From the NCBI GenBank assembly GCA_964016885.1, contig OZ024753.1, positions 13,764,001 through 13,828,000 on the forward strand: a DNA stretch of 64,000 nucleotides. The letters run 5' to 3'. The notes below the pieces were generated by a model, which made no database searches, was not told the DNA's origin, and worked only from the letters and a program-made list of their open reading frames with translations. The number at the start of each line of letters is the position of its first letter. The stretch's first letter is position 1. Position numbers and translations under genes: made by a program. Origin of the DNA: Eledone cirrhosa. Taxonomy: Eukaryota. Below are positions 1-13,059 of the stretch, in pieces.

Positions 1-404
1 TACATATATATATATGTGTGTATGTATGTATATACATACTACTGTACGTCTGTATACATATATGTATGTACATATACATACTTATATTTAAGTAACAGCC
101 ATACTAAGAGTGAGAAATGAAATTTTGTTTCATTTTTTCCATATATATATATATATATATGGTGAGGAGGGTGATTTTGGACACCCTGCAGGACGAAAAA
201 CAAAACCTGACAAAGGGTGGAAGAACTCATAAGAGTCAACGGCTATCCAAAAGTGTGTAAATATGTATATGCAGTGAAATATGTATATGTATATGCAGTG
301 AAATATGTATATGCAGTGAAGGACCCCTAGCTTTTGCCAGGGCATTCTTCTAGGAGAAGGCAACTCAGGAAACTGGGATAACTCCGATATAAAACCTGCG
401 GCTC

Positions 405-600
405 AGTAGTTACCGATGATGTTGATCTTTTCTTCTTTTTGGGTTATAGCTACTGTCGCTCAGTGTGGGATTGGCTCAGTGCACAGTCTTTCCTCACTTT
501 GAAAAATATCTTCATGCACAGGCATTGCACGATAGAATTAATTAATAATTATTAATGATGGTTATATTGTGCAATGGCCATACTCGATAACGAGGGTGTA

Positions 601-608
<8 letters not shown>
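405..608. mobile_element. Short TA-embedded repeat, second copy inverted at ~25051-25252
   Basis: GTAGTTACCGATG...GTAGCCATCAT is the reverse complement of 25051-25252. Both copies abut (TA)n/(TACA)n tracts. Confidence 0.7.
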
Positions 609-657
<49 letters not shown>

Positions 658-658
<1 letters not shown>

Positions 659-1021
659 GAAAGGTATAGAAATTGTTTTAGCGAGAAGCTAACAGTATTC
701 CATAACATAAATGCGACTATGTCGGCAAGATGGGAAAAATAGTTAACGTAAGATGTAGGAAAAATAATTCAAACTCATCTCAAAAGAGAATCAGGATATA
801 AATTCATCCACAGAATTTAGTGAAATCCAGGGAAAAATCGATAGAGCCTTAACTCATGATAAAATAAAGTCTAAAATACTTATCCTTCAATTTGGAAAAA
901 CATCAAATGCTCTGTATAGTCTTGAAGACTATTTCATGAAAACTTTCAGTGGAGATGGTCACGGTTGGAATTCATCATCAGCAGAGCTCAACTCGATAAC
1001 CAGGGCTCTCACAGAATTATA
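658..1021 (+). pseudogene. Degenerate GIY-YIG endonuclease-like coding remnant between (TA)n tracts
   Basis: Stop-free frame 768-1021 (FKLISKENQD...GKIDRALTHDKIKSKILILQFGKTSNALYSLEDYFMKTFSGDGHGWNS...TEL*) has E-x14-N spacing like GIY-YIG catalytic domains. Upstream frameshifted pieces read MKGIEI and DYVGKMGKIVNVR. The 5' part has a second copy at ~45051-45150. Confidence 0.45.
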
Positions 1022-1048
1022 AGCCAAAAAGGGAATTCTAAAACTGGC

Positions 1049-1850
<802 letters not shown>

Positions 1851-2538
1851 AGGTGTTACGACAAAAAGCACTCTCTAGTCCCAAATAATAGGGAGGGAGT
1901 TGGAATAAACGGGGGGTGGGGGTGGAAAATGGACAATTTTTCTAGGTTGTCTCAGTTGATATTTTTAAAAACCAGAATTAGTCATTTAGTTTACATATTG
2001 TAGGGGTCACGACAAAAAGTACCCAGCACACTGTAAATGAGGTTGGCGTTAGGAAGGGCATCCAGCTGTAGAAACCTAGCCAAAATCAGTTCTGTATGAA
2101 CAAGATATGGTCACCTGACCTGGCATTGCCCACAACAGGATAACTTGTCTAACCCATGCTAGTGTGGAAAATGGATGTAAAATGATGATCGTATAATCAT
2201 TGTCGTCATTGTATAGGTTAGATAGGTTGTCACATACTAAGACTAGACGTCCTTCATTTTGGGCCTGGTTTTTATGGCAGGATGCCCTTCCTTATGTCAA
2301 CCACTTTACAGCGTGTACTAGGAGTATTTTATCATGCCCCCTTCTTTGCTGTGGAGGCATAATATGACCAAAACATGCCCGTTGCTTTCATCAGTTAGCA
2401 TTAAAAAATTCGACCTATTCTTATGCTGCATTTTCTACATCTTACAAATATTTCAATTAATTGTTCTTGTTGGAGTTATTTCCCTTACTTCGTGTTTTTA
2501 TTATTAAATAGAAAGAAAAGAAAAATAATAGAGAATTA

Positions 2539-3081
2539 CACTCTCACACACTCACACTCACTCACACACTCACTCACACACACAAACTCACACACACACA
2601 TTCACACACACTCATTCACACACACTCACACACACACACTCATTCACATACACTCACACACACACTCATTCACATACACTCACACACACACACTCATTCA
2701 CATACTCACACACACACACTCACTCACACACACACACTCACACACACACACTCACACACACATTCACACACACTTTCACACACACTCATTCACACACACT
2801 CACTCACACTCATTCACACACACTCACTCACACACATTCACACACACTCACACACACATTCACTCACACACACATTCACTCACACACACATTCACTCACA
2901 CACACACTCACACACTCACACACACACTCACACACTCACACACACACTCACACACACTCACACACACTCACACACACATTCACTCACACACACATTCACT
3001 CACACACACATTCACTCACACACACACTCACACACTCACACACACACTCACACACTCACACACACACTCACACACACTCAC
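2539..3081. repeat. (CA)/(CACT)/(CATT) compound microsatellite
   Basis: Direct reading; source of the His/Thr ORF 2423-3139. Confidence 0.95.
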
Positions 3082-3259
3082 TTTCACATGCCCTTTTAAA
3101 GCATCTAAATCTAGTTCGTTTTTAACTGTTTTGTTGTAAATATATTGTCAGTGTGTGTGTAAGAGAGAGAGAGAGAGTGTGTGTAAGAGAGAGAGAGAGA
3201 GAGAGTGTGTGTGTAAGAGAGAGTGTGTGACTTGAGAAAAATAAGTTAAGATGTTTGAT

Positions 3260-3580
3260 ATCATCATCATCATCATCATCATCATACGTCTGCTTTTCCC
3301 TGCTTGCAAGGGTGGGACGGGGACTGATTCTGGCTTGATTTCTACAGCTGGATGCCCTTCCTAACACCAACCTCATTTACAGTGAGTGCTGGGTGCTTTT
3401 TTGCAGTGGAATGATATGGACCCCAGTCCCTATCATCTCATTTCTACAGCTGAGTAAACTGGAGCAATGTGAAATAAAGTGTCTTGCTCAAGGAAACAAC
3501 ACATCACCCGGTCTGAGAATTGAACTCACAACCTTTCGATTGCAAACCCAATGCTCTAACCACTAAGCCATGTGCCTCCA
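3260..3580 (-). mobile_element. tRNA-derived SINE, family B (RTE-type tail)
   Basis: Head TGGCTTAGTGG (A box) and GAGTTCAATTC (B box), core CCTTGAGCAAGACAC, tail ...CCCACCCTTGCAAGCAGGGAAAAGC(G/A)GACGTA...(TGA)n. Near-identical copies lie elsewhere in the window. Confidence 0.85.
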
Positions 3581-3619
3581 TATGATTGACTAAAATCACT
3601 TTAATCACTTCAAGGCAAT

Positions 3620-3858
3620 GCCCTAGCATGGCCTCAGTCTAATGACTTGAAACCAGTAAAAGAGTGTGGTGCCCTAGCATGGCCACAGTTTGACTGAAAC
3701 CAGTAAAAGAGTGTGGTGCCCCAACATGGCCACAGTCTAATGACTGTAACCAGTAAAAGAGTGTGGTGCCCCAGCATGGCAAGAGTCTAATGACTGTAAC
3801 CAGTAAAAGAGTGTGGTGCCCCAGCATGGCAAGAGTCTAATGACTGAAGCCAGTAAAA
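3620..3858 (+). repeat. 50-bp minisatellite, about 5 units
   Basis: Unit GGCCACAGTCTAATGACTGTAACCAGTAAAAGAGTGTGGTGCCCCAGCAT; inverted sister array at 5028-5275. Confidence 0.9.
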
Positions 3859-4462
3859 ACAAAATATGTCTAATGATTCCCACCCTTGCAAGCAGAGAAA
3901 AGTGAATGTAGAATGATGATGATGAAAAAATGCTGATGATAAGAGGGATTCATTTGAAAGTAAAATAAGAGTGCTAGAGTTTTGTGGAGGGCTGCAGTAG
4001 AGATGTGACTGTCTGTAGTTCTCTAAGCTGACACTGTTAGAAATTCACACTGTTATTTATTCACAAGGTGTGTTCTTTTGACTTGGATAGTAAAGCACCT
4101 GTTATTTGCTTTTAAATAAGGTAAAAAAAACTAAAAAAAACCCTAAAAAAAAGAACCATACAAAACAACTCTAGAAATAAATAATTCTTACCTTCCAGGA
4201 GTTTTTCAAGGTGTCTATGTATACATATTTACACATTTTAATTTATATATTAAGCAGGTGAATGAATAGTGCACTATTTTGCAACTACGACAATTGTTGT
4301 TTGCAAGCTTAGCTTTTATTTATTTATTTTTGGTTAATCTAAAATTCTCTCCCCAAATTAACATATAGAGATGTTTTTAAGAAAACAAAGCAAAGAAACA
4401 CATTTCTCTTTCTTTCCCTTTTCTTTACCACCACTTTCCTAACATTTGTACATTATTCTAGA

Positions 4463-4932
4463 ATTGGCAGTATCGGTAGAGGGTCGGACGCCATGCTTTC
4501 CAGCATAGTTACGTCCCTTTACGGTCTGAGTTCAAATCCCATCGAGGTTAACTTTGCCTTCATCCTTACCGGGTCGATAAAATAAAGTACCAGTAATGCA
4601 CTGGGTAATTGCTGGCCTTGTGCCAAAAGTAGAAACAATTATTCTAAGTACTATACATGCACCTTTGATGAGTTGTAGTGCACCTGAGCACTGTACACAA
4701 TAATTTTCATTATTTTTTATTATCATCATTATTAGGGTGGTGGGTTGGTTGGCAGTATCGGTAGAGGGTCGAACGGCATGCTTTGTAGCATAGAGTTACG
4801 GCCCTTCACAGTCTGAGTTCAAATCCTGCCAAGGTTAACTTTGCCTTTCATCCTTACGGGGTCGATAAAATAAAGTACCAGTAATGCACTGGGGTAATTG
4901 CTGGCCCTGTGCCAAAAATAGAAACAATTATT
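4463..4932 (+). mobile_element. Two copies of tRNA-derived SINE family A (~190 bp each)
   Basis: TGGCAGTATCGG (A box), GAGTTCAAATCC (B box), tail GGCCTTGTGCCAAAAGTAGAAACAATT. More than 15 further copies, e.g. 5780-5968, 8822-9012, 17493-17677, 22831-23016, 32686-32878, 38851-39240, 39864-40030, 42525-42733, 44021-44550, 55788-55972, 56144-56285. Confidence 0.9.
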
Positions 4933-5027
4933 ATATAAAAGTAGACATAGGTAGCTAGTTTCTATGGATACCAGTCTACTGGGCAAAAGGAGTAATGTAC
5001 ATTCACATATTTTAGTTTTTTTGTTGC

Positions 5028-5275
5028 CTGGTTTCAGTCATTAAACTGTGGCCATGCTGGAGCACCACACTCTTTTAATGGCTTCAGTCATTAGACTGCG
5101 GCCATGCTGGGGCACCACACTCTTTTACTGGCTTCAGTCATTAGACTGCGGCCATGCTGGGGCACCACACTCTTTTACTGGCTTCAGTCATTAGACTGTG
5201 GCCATGCTGGAGCATGACACTCTTTTACTAGTTTCACTCATTAAACTCTGGCCATGCTGGAGCATGACACTCTCT
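5028..5275 (-). repeat. 50-bp minisatellite, inverted relative to 3620-3858
   Basis: Unit GCCATGCTGGGGCACCACACTCTTTTACTGGCTTCAGTCATTAGACTGCG. Confidence 0.9.
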
Positions 5276-5779
5276 TATTGCTCTTATTCCCAGTGTTTCT
5301 CAGTTCACTTCTGCTTTGTTGTTTATGCACACAAACATCACATATCCATCGACACCAACTAGCCTCATTTCTTTCTATTTACATATCCTCTACATTAACT
5401 GTCTCTGTGTTATATTGCCCTTCATACACAGGCATCAACCAACCAAACAGTTTAGTTTCCTTCTACTTAAATTATAAAGTACCGTATATACTCAAATATA
5501 AACTGAGGAGCATCATCATCACGTACCTTGCTCTGACGAAGATTCTAAATTTGGCCGGCTATTTTCTAGTTGGATGTTCTTCCTAACACCAACCACATTT
5601 ACAATATGTTGTGACCAAAAACTTGATAATAGGAGGGGGTGGTTTATATTTGAGGTCAATATTTCAATAGTTTTCACCAACTTCAAATCTAAACTATAAT
5701 AAAGTAAGAAGCGCGGGACTGCGTACGGTTTATAATTTTTTATCCCCTTAGTAAAATAAGTTGGATTACTTTGAATAAA

Positions 5780-5968
5780 TAATTGTTTCTAGTTTTGGCA
5801 CAAGGCCAGCAATTACCTAGTACATTACTGGTACTTTATTTTATCGACCCCGTAAGGATGAAAGGCAAAGTTAACCTCGGCGGGATTTGAACTCAGATCG
5901 TAAAGGGATGTAACTATGCTGGAAAGCATGGCGTCCGACTCTCTACTGATACTGCCAATCCACCGCCC
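5780..5968 (-). mobile_element. SINE family A with 17-bp target site duplication
   Basis: Flanked by the direct repeat TACTTTGAATAAATAAT on both sides. Confidence 0.9.
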
Positions 5969-6500
5969 TACTTTGAATAAATAATGAATGAATATTACAT
6001 AATTTATCTACTAAATTCCATGGCTGTTCATTAAATATATTTTATTATTTATTTAAAGATTCACTTCTTTAAAATTTTCAAATGTCAACACTTCCGGTTA
6101 GCGATCACTGAAATACATATTTATATATTTCTGTCACTAATTTTCTCCTAATGCAGTTTATATATAATATCTTCTTTTTTTAATGTATCATGGATTACGT
6201 TATTGATTACATAAGACAGTGTAATGCAGTCTTCATTCAATATCTGTGTATATTGTCAATTACGATTTTATTTGATGTATCATATCTACATGTATATATA
6301 CCTGCATATAATTCAATATACACACTACACAAGCTAGCAGAAACCCACAAAAAGGTTGGTTTTTCTGCTAGTTCTATGTAAATATGGTTTGTATTTTTGC
6401 CCATTACTGAGACATAAAATAGTGGGGTCAGCTGTACTCAGACATAAAATAGTGGGGTCAGCTTATATTTGCATATTGGCTTTTATTTGAGTATATAAAG

Positions 6501-7030
6501 CAGGGACATGCAACAGGCGGCCCGCGGGCCACAATCCGGCCCGCCAGACCAGTCAGAGTGGCCCGCGATGACCGTTTTTAATTTTTACCTTGTAGGCTTA
6601 TTTAGAATTTTTTTCGTAACCGTAATACAATTTTCTGTTAGTTGACCTATACTAAAGGGCTTCATTGATAAGGTTATGTGGGTTATAATTTCCCAGTTCC
6701 ATGTTATGGAAAGAAGTTGTGGTTTTGATATATACTAAAGGGCTTCTCTGATAGGGTTATGTGGGTTATAATTTCCCAGTTCGATGTTATGGAAAGATGT
6801 TGTAGTTTTGACCTATACTAAAAGGCTTCACTGATATGGTTATGTGTGTTAGTTGACCTATACTAAAAGGCTTCACTGATAAGGTTATGTGTGTTATTAT
6901 TTCCCAGTTCCATATTATGGAAAGAAGTTGTGGTGAATCTTTGGAATAGTGCTTATTAAATATTAATGGCCCTAATAGTTGTTCCAATGTCCAAAAGTGG
7001 CCCGCCAATGGAATATATTGCACACCCCTG
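6501..7030. mobile_element. hAT-type MITE with 8-bp TSD
   Basis: Termini CAGGGACATGCAA...TTGCACACCCCTG, perfect TSD ATATAAAG at 6493-6500 and 7031-7038, subterminal GGCCCGC motifs. Confidence 0.85.
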
Positions 7031-7677
7031 ATATAAAGTAATTAATTTTATAGCCAAGTGTCTCATTCAAATAATACATCAATGTTACAAATTAACATAT
7101 TTCATTAATTGAATGATTTCTTTCAGTTCATTGTCAATGAGTGTGAAGGTTTCCTAATTAGTTTCACATCAGTTCAAGTATCTCCTCACAAACAAATTGA
7201 TATTATTTTTCCAGATGTCTTCCAAACTCTAACCTACATTCCACACATTGTCTACAGTTCAACCCTGTAGTATTCACATTACTCTCTCTATTTATATATA
7301 TACTATTATATTTTCATGGTGAAGGCTTTACCTCACATAATTATCTCACATAATATTGCATCTATAAGATTTTGTTATTATTTATTTTGAGAAAAATGCC
7401 TCAACATAAATATGAGCAGCTGGTTACGGCCGGTTTGAACAGAAAAAGGTGAGAGAATTCTGACCGGTTTAAAATCTAAGGGTTAAAATACATGATTAAA
7501 TATTTTTGTATGATGGAATATACAATGAAATATTTGTTGTCCAAATCTTCCTGGAGCAATCTATCTCTATAATATAACACATTTATTGTAAAGACATAGG
7601 CATGGAGAAGTTATTGTACCAATAACTCTTCTACTTTTAGACACCATACATACCTACATACATACATAGAGATATAT

Positions 7678-8005
7678 AGGTGCATGGCTTAGTGGTTAGA
7701 GCATTGGGCTTGCAATCGAAAGGTTCTGAGTTCAATTCTCAGACCGGGTGATGTATTGTTTCCTTGAGCAAGACACTTTATTTCACATTGCTCCAGTTTA
7801 CTCAGCTGTAGAAAGATGATGATAGGGACTGGGGTCCCTATCATTCCACTGCAAAGTGGTCGTGCAGGTGCCACGGCAAAAAAAGCACCCAGCACTCACT
7901 GTAAATGAGGTTGGTGTTAGGAAGGGCATCCAGCTGTAGAAATCAAGCCAGAATCAGTTCCCGTCCCACCCTTGCAAGCAGGGAAAAGCGGACGTAAAAT
8001 GATGA
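7678..8005 (+). mobile_element. SINE family B
   Basis: Same head, core and tail as 3260-3580. Confidence 0.85.
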
Positions 8006-10233
8006 TATATATATATATTCCCACCCTTGCAAGCAGGGAAAAGTGGATGTAAAATGAAATGAAATGAAATACAGGGAAAACTACTTCCCATTTCGTATGT
8101 TTGTTCACGTGCTTGAATAAAGAGCCAGTTTAAAAGTGCCTCCTCCAATATATAGTGATGGCCATGACTGGACCCTGAAACCAATGGTAGCACATACATG
8201 TTAACTGTATGAATGAAACTATGTTTATAATAAATAACCTCTCTTGCAACAGATTGAGCACTGTTTTCTTGATCTTTCAACTATTGATTTCTACCCTTGC
8301 TAGTGTGGAAGTTGGATGTTAACAATGATGATGATGATGATACACACACACATCATCATCATTTAACATCTGTTTTCAATGGACGATAATACATAATTAC
8401 AATGATAATGAGGATTGTTATTATGATGATGTTGATAATGATAGTCTTGTGTAATTGCTCTTCTCTGTTTACCACCAATGTTTTCTTCACCTCAGTTAAT
8501 CTTCTTATTTTAATCTATTTGACATTCTGCTACTGATTCTCACAAGAAACAGATTATTCAGTGTTGTATAAATAGTAAAGTTTTAACTATTACTCACCAC
8601 CTGCAGTGAGGCAGCAAAGTGGTAGTCATTAACCTTTTAGTTACCAACCAGGCTAAAACCAGCTCTGATTCTATGAAATAAAGTCATCCATTTTAAAAGA
8701 TTCCAATTTAAATTAAATTCTTCCAACATCTAAACTATAATAAAGGAAGGTCTGCGGGACTGCGTACGGTTTATTTTTTTTTTTATCCCATTTGTAAAAT
8801 AAGTTGGATTACTTTGAATAAATAATTGTTTCTACTTTTGGCACAAGGCCAGCAAATTACCCAGTGTATTACTGGTACTTTATTTTATCGACCCCGTAAA
8901 GATGAAAGGCAAAGTTAACCTCGGCGGGATTTGAACTCGGACCATAAAGGGCCGTAACTCTTTGCTGCAAAGCATGGTGTCTGACCACCCTCTACCGATA
9001 CTGCCAATCCACAATGAATGAATATTACATAATTTACTCTACTAAATTTCGTGGCTGTTCATTAAATATATTTTGTTTATTTAAAGATTCACTTCTTTAA
9101 AATTTCGGTTGGCCATCACTTAAATAAACATACTAATTTTCTCCTAATGCAGTTTATATATAATATCGTCTTTTTTAATGTATCATGGATTACTTTACTG
9201 ATTACATAAGACAGTGTAACAGTCTTCGTTCAATTTCTATGTATTATATTTTGTCAATTACGATTTTATTTGATGTATCATATCTACATGTATATATACC
9301 TGCATATAATATCAATATACACACTACACATGCTAGCAGAAAACCACCCGAGAGGTGGTGTTTTTGCTAGTAGAGTTAATGTTTTCATGCAGAGTAAACA
9401 CAAAATGCTAATAAAATGTGACACCAAGAATAAAGTGACCAAAGCATGTTGCCATAATAATACATCAATATATAGACTGTACGTACACTTTCTCGTATGT
9501 ATATATGCTTGTATTTGTTATAGGTGTATATATTATATATATTGGTATGTGTGTATATGATTATATGTATATGTGTATTTCGTTTTTGTGTGTGTATGCG
9601 TGTTTGTATGGTGTGTATATGTGTACATTGAGTTTTGGTACGTTTGGTGAACATGTGTATTTACCAGTAGGTATGTGTGTGCGTGCGTTATATACATTTA
9701 TATAATTATATGTATTAACACACATACACATATTTTATATGTGTATTTGGTGTATACATTTGTATGTGTACGCGCGTTTGTGTGCATGCATGTGTCTGCA
9801 TGCATGGCATGTGTTTTCGCATATGCACGTGTATGTATGTATATGGATGTGGATATATTTAATTAATAACCTCTGTCATTTTCGTTCTACTAATTTATTT
9901 AAATTATTCTTAACTCTGAAGCCAAGAATCATTCGGTTTCCTAAATAGAATATTAGTCTAATGACTTCATTTATACCATAAATGTGGTTTTGTCTTTGCG
10001 TGTAATTGTTCTCATAGCTCCACATAACGATGTATTATCTTCGCTTTTTTCCGTTCAATGCCAGGGAACGTCTTCACGAACCAAAGTACCGTCTTCCTGT
10101 TTTCTTTCGGTTCCAACGTTTTTCGAAATATTTACTTCTGCGTTCACAGATTGATTTTTTTTTTTTTTTTTAGTTTCAGAAGATCCCGTTTAGGGTGAAA
10201 GCAGCGATTCTTTGCTTAAACTTTAATCTGTTA

Positions 10234-10275
<42 letters not shown>

Positions 10276-10301
10276 CACACACATACACACACATACACAC
10301 A

Positions 10302-10343
<42 letters not shown>

Positions 10344-10640
10344 TACATACATACAAACATACATACATACCTACACACATACATAGTACAGATACAAAGC
10401 ATATACACATGCACACATACAACTCAAAACATCCACATCCACACATACAGTAACATCCATATCTACACATGCATGCATGCAGACATACATTCATATCTAC
10501 CTAGTTGATGTTGTGTAAATTCCAATGAGAGAGTCTTGTGTCTATGTTAGAAACCGACTCTCTCTATTGGTAAAACTTTGTGAAATTATAAAACCGGAAG
10601 AACATAAATACATACATACAAACATACATACATACATACA

Positions 10641-10902
10641 CCTTTAGTTTCATGCCCATCATTATTGGTGCTACGGGTTATATACCAACCCGCTTGGACC
10701 AAAGTATGACTGAACTTGGATTTGCAGACAAAAAGCGCAGCTCCCTAATTCATAGTCTACAAATGGCTGCGATAGCTGGCACCTTCAAAATTTGCAAAAC
10801 ATTCTTGCGATTCAAGGGATGACAATTTCTTTTCTTTTACAACCTTGCCACCAGGAAGGTGGCCGGTCAAAAAAATATACTCGAAATTAAGAGAAAGAGA
10901 AA
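10641..10902 (+). mobile_element. 5'-truncated R4/Dong-like non-LTR retrotransposon (RLE domain C-terminus plus 3' UTR) in (CATA)n
   Basis: 10643-10822 translates FSFMPIIIGATGYIPTRLDQSMTELGFADKKRSSLIHSLQMAAIAGTFKICKTFLRFKG*, matching the PIxIGAxG...LQxAxxxGTxKI end of RLE-type LINE ORFs. Both flanks are (CATA)n. Confidence 0.7.
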
Positions 10903-11574
10903 ACATACATACATACATACATACAGTGGGCTTTTGCAGTTTCCATTTACTAAATTTCACTGACAAGGCTATAGTAAAAGTCAGTTGTCCAAGGTACCAC
11001 ACAATGTGAGTGAATCTGAAAGTATGTGGTTTTGAAGAAACCTCTTTAACCACCTGCCATGCCTGTGTGTGTGAAAATTCATTTACATACAACATGATAT
11101 CTTTGCACCAGAAAGAATAAAATTCTATACTATACAGGGTGTCTCATAAAAATTCATATATAGTCTATTTTGACATGTATGTAGAAACCCATTTTCATAT
11201 AGAAATCTGTGGGGAGTACAAGTTATATGTTGTTAGTAGTCACTCACTGAATCTATCTATCTATTTATTTATTTATTTATTTATTTATTTTGGATAGAGC
11301 TCACACCTGTGTAGTTTTGTGCTGGCCTCATATAAGGCTGCATCTCTTTGGTGGTGTCTTGGGGGTTTAATCAATAAAGACCTCAGTCTTATCATGTCAC
11401 TGTCTTTCTGGTAATATTAAGTGACAATGATGATGATCGCACTCTATTTCAATTAATTACAGAAGAATTTTGAGAAATTAACCAAAATTATTAATTATTT
11501 AATTACTAAGATAACAACTTAATGTTAGTAAGGTTCTTATATAAAATTATGATTAGGAACGAATTGCCGGACAG

Positions 11575-11730
11575 ATTTACAGGAAAGCCAACTGGCAGGA
11601 GACGCAGAGGAAGCCCATGAGCAAGATTATTGGATAACAAACATCCTTAAGCTTTGTTGGTCTCACTTAGGACCCTCAGAAAGGCATATCTGAGGACTCT
11701 GCTCTGCTCTCATGACCCTCTCAGGAATAA
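11575..11730 (+). mobile_element. Degenerate RTE-type LINE 3' fragment
   Basis: Translates approximately KPTGRRRRGSP, resembling the GxRxRGRP C-terminal motif. Confidence 0.4.
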
Positions 11731-12650
11731 GTAGACAAAGAAGATTTCAATTTAGATAGGGATCCTTTAAGATAGTGGGTTTTGTTTCATTGAACCTGAG
11801 CTGATCTTCACCAGGTTTGATATAAGAACATTGAAAATTTCAATAAGGCCCTAATATATTATTTATAATAATATAATTGCTTCTACTTTTGGCATAAAGC
11901 CAGCAATTACCCCAGTGCATTACTGGTACTTTATTTTATCGACCCCGTAAGGATGAAAGGCAAAGTTATTTATAATAATATAATGAAAAGTATTGTGTAC
12001 AATGCTCAGGTGCACTACAACTCAACAAAGGTGCATGTATAGAACAAAGAAAAAAAAAATTGGCGGCTGTTTAAATATTGTAGAGCCCTTGACTACATCA
12101 TTGGCAGTTCGGTATTAAAAGGGTTAAATTTTATTTAGTTTATTTATAAACCTTATTCTAAATGTTTATACAGAAAGTTGTTAGAAAGAAATATCAAAAT
12201 CGGCAAATGTGCTCATGGCTTTGTTTTGTTTCTGTTATCAGTTTTATTAAATAGGATTCCTTGCCCCCCACCCCCCACCCCCTAGCTGATAAAATAGAAT
12301 GGTGATTAAAGAATGTTATCTGGGGTTTATTTTTAGGTTTTCAGTACAACAGCAATAGCTATGTGTTTTCTGGCCACTGAGTGTAGAAGAGACTTTATTT
12401 CAGAAATTTCATCAGCATCATTTTAAATCCAATTTCTTTGCTGGATTGCCATAGTCCATGACGAAATAGATTAGTATGTGCGGTGGTGGTAGAGAGAGGG
12501 GTAGGGTGAATGAACCATACCTTGCTTATAATTTATAATTTTCCATATTTTTGCATGAATTCTACAGCTGGATGACCTTTCTAATGTCAACCATTCTCAT
12601 TCTTTGTATTCTCAGCAACTTGTAATGTGCAATAAATCCTATCGAATATT

Positions 12651-12859
12651 AACCCTTTAGCATTTACAATACTATGTTTACTATTATATTTTCACGGCAA
12701 GCACTTTATCTCACATAATTATCTTACATAATATCAAATCTGAGATTTTGATATTTATTTTGAGAACAATACCTTAATGTTGGTATGAGTGGCCGGTTAC
12801 AGCCGGTTTGAACAGGAAGAAGTGAGAGAATTATGGCCGGTTGATATGGTAAAGGGTTA
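12651..12859. mobile_element. piggyBac-like MITE (~215 bp, TTAA-CCCTTT...AAAGGG-TTAA)
   Basis: TTAA flanks and CCC/GGG termini. Further copies at ~7260-7485, 14273-14478, 16128-16353, 17320-17702, 22125-22310, 29160-29380, 29427-30086, 47890-48337, 48494-48765, 49660-49832. Confidence 0.75.
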
Positions 12860-13059
12860 GCTAGATGTAGTTTCACTCTACTATTCCAGTCTTTCACTCA
12901 CATGAAGACCAAAGAACGATAGCAGTACCATCTTTCTAAAATGTTTATATTTATCTGAAGATCTTGCATCATAATTTTATGTAAAACCATTTATTAAGTT
13001 ATATTCCAAACACCAGCTTAATACTGAGGAAGTTAGTTATAATACTAAATCTTTCCAAG

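Larger units (their letters stand above)
5482..7040. mobile_element. Non-autonomous Tc1/pogo-type element (TA-CCGTATATACTC end) hosting nested SINE and hAT insertions
   Basis: Left end TA|CCGTATATACTCAAATATAA. The right TIR TTATTTGAGTATATA is interrupted by the hAT MITE. Related ends occur at ~21603-21799. Confidence 0.55.

Noticed and set aside
915-990. Minus-strand CTGATGA...GAAATAGTC near the GIY-YIG-like frame
   Set aside because: Stem I does not pair adjacent to the core and stem II is poorly defined. Other isolated CTGANGA hits (3933, 12410, 21565, 34675) were also rejected for lacking stems.
7678-7750. tRNA-like sequences with A and B boxes
   Set aside because: They are SINE heads continuing into SINE bodies; no complete cloverleaf.
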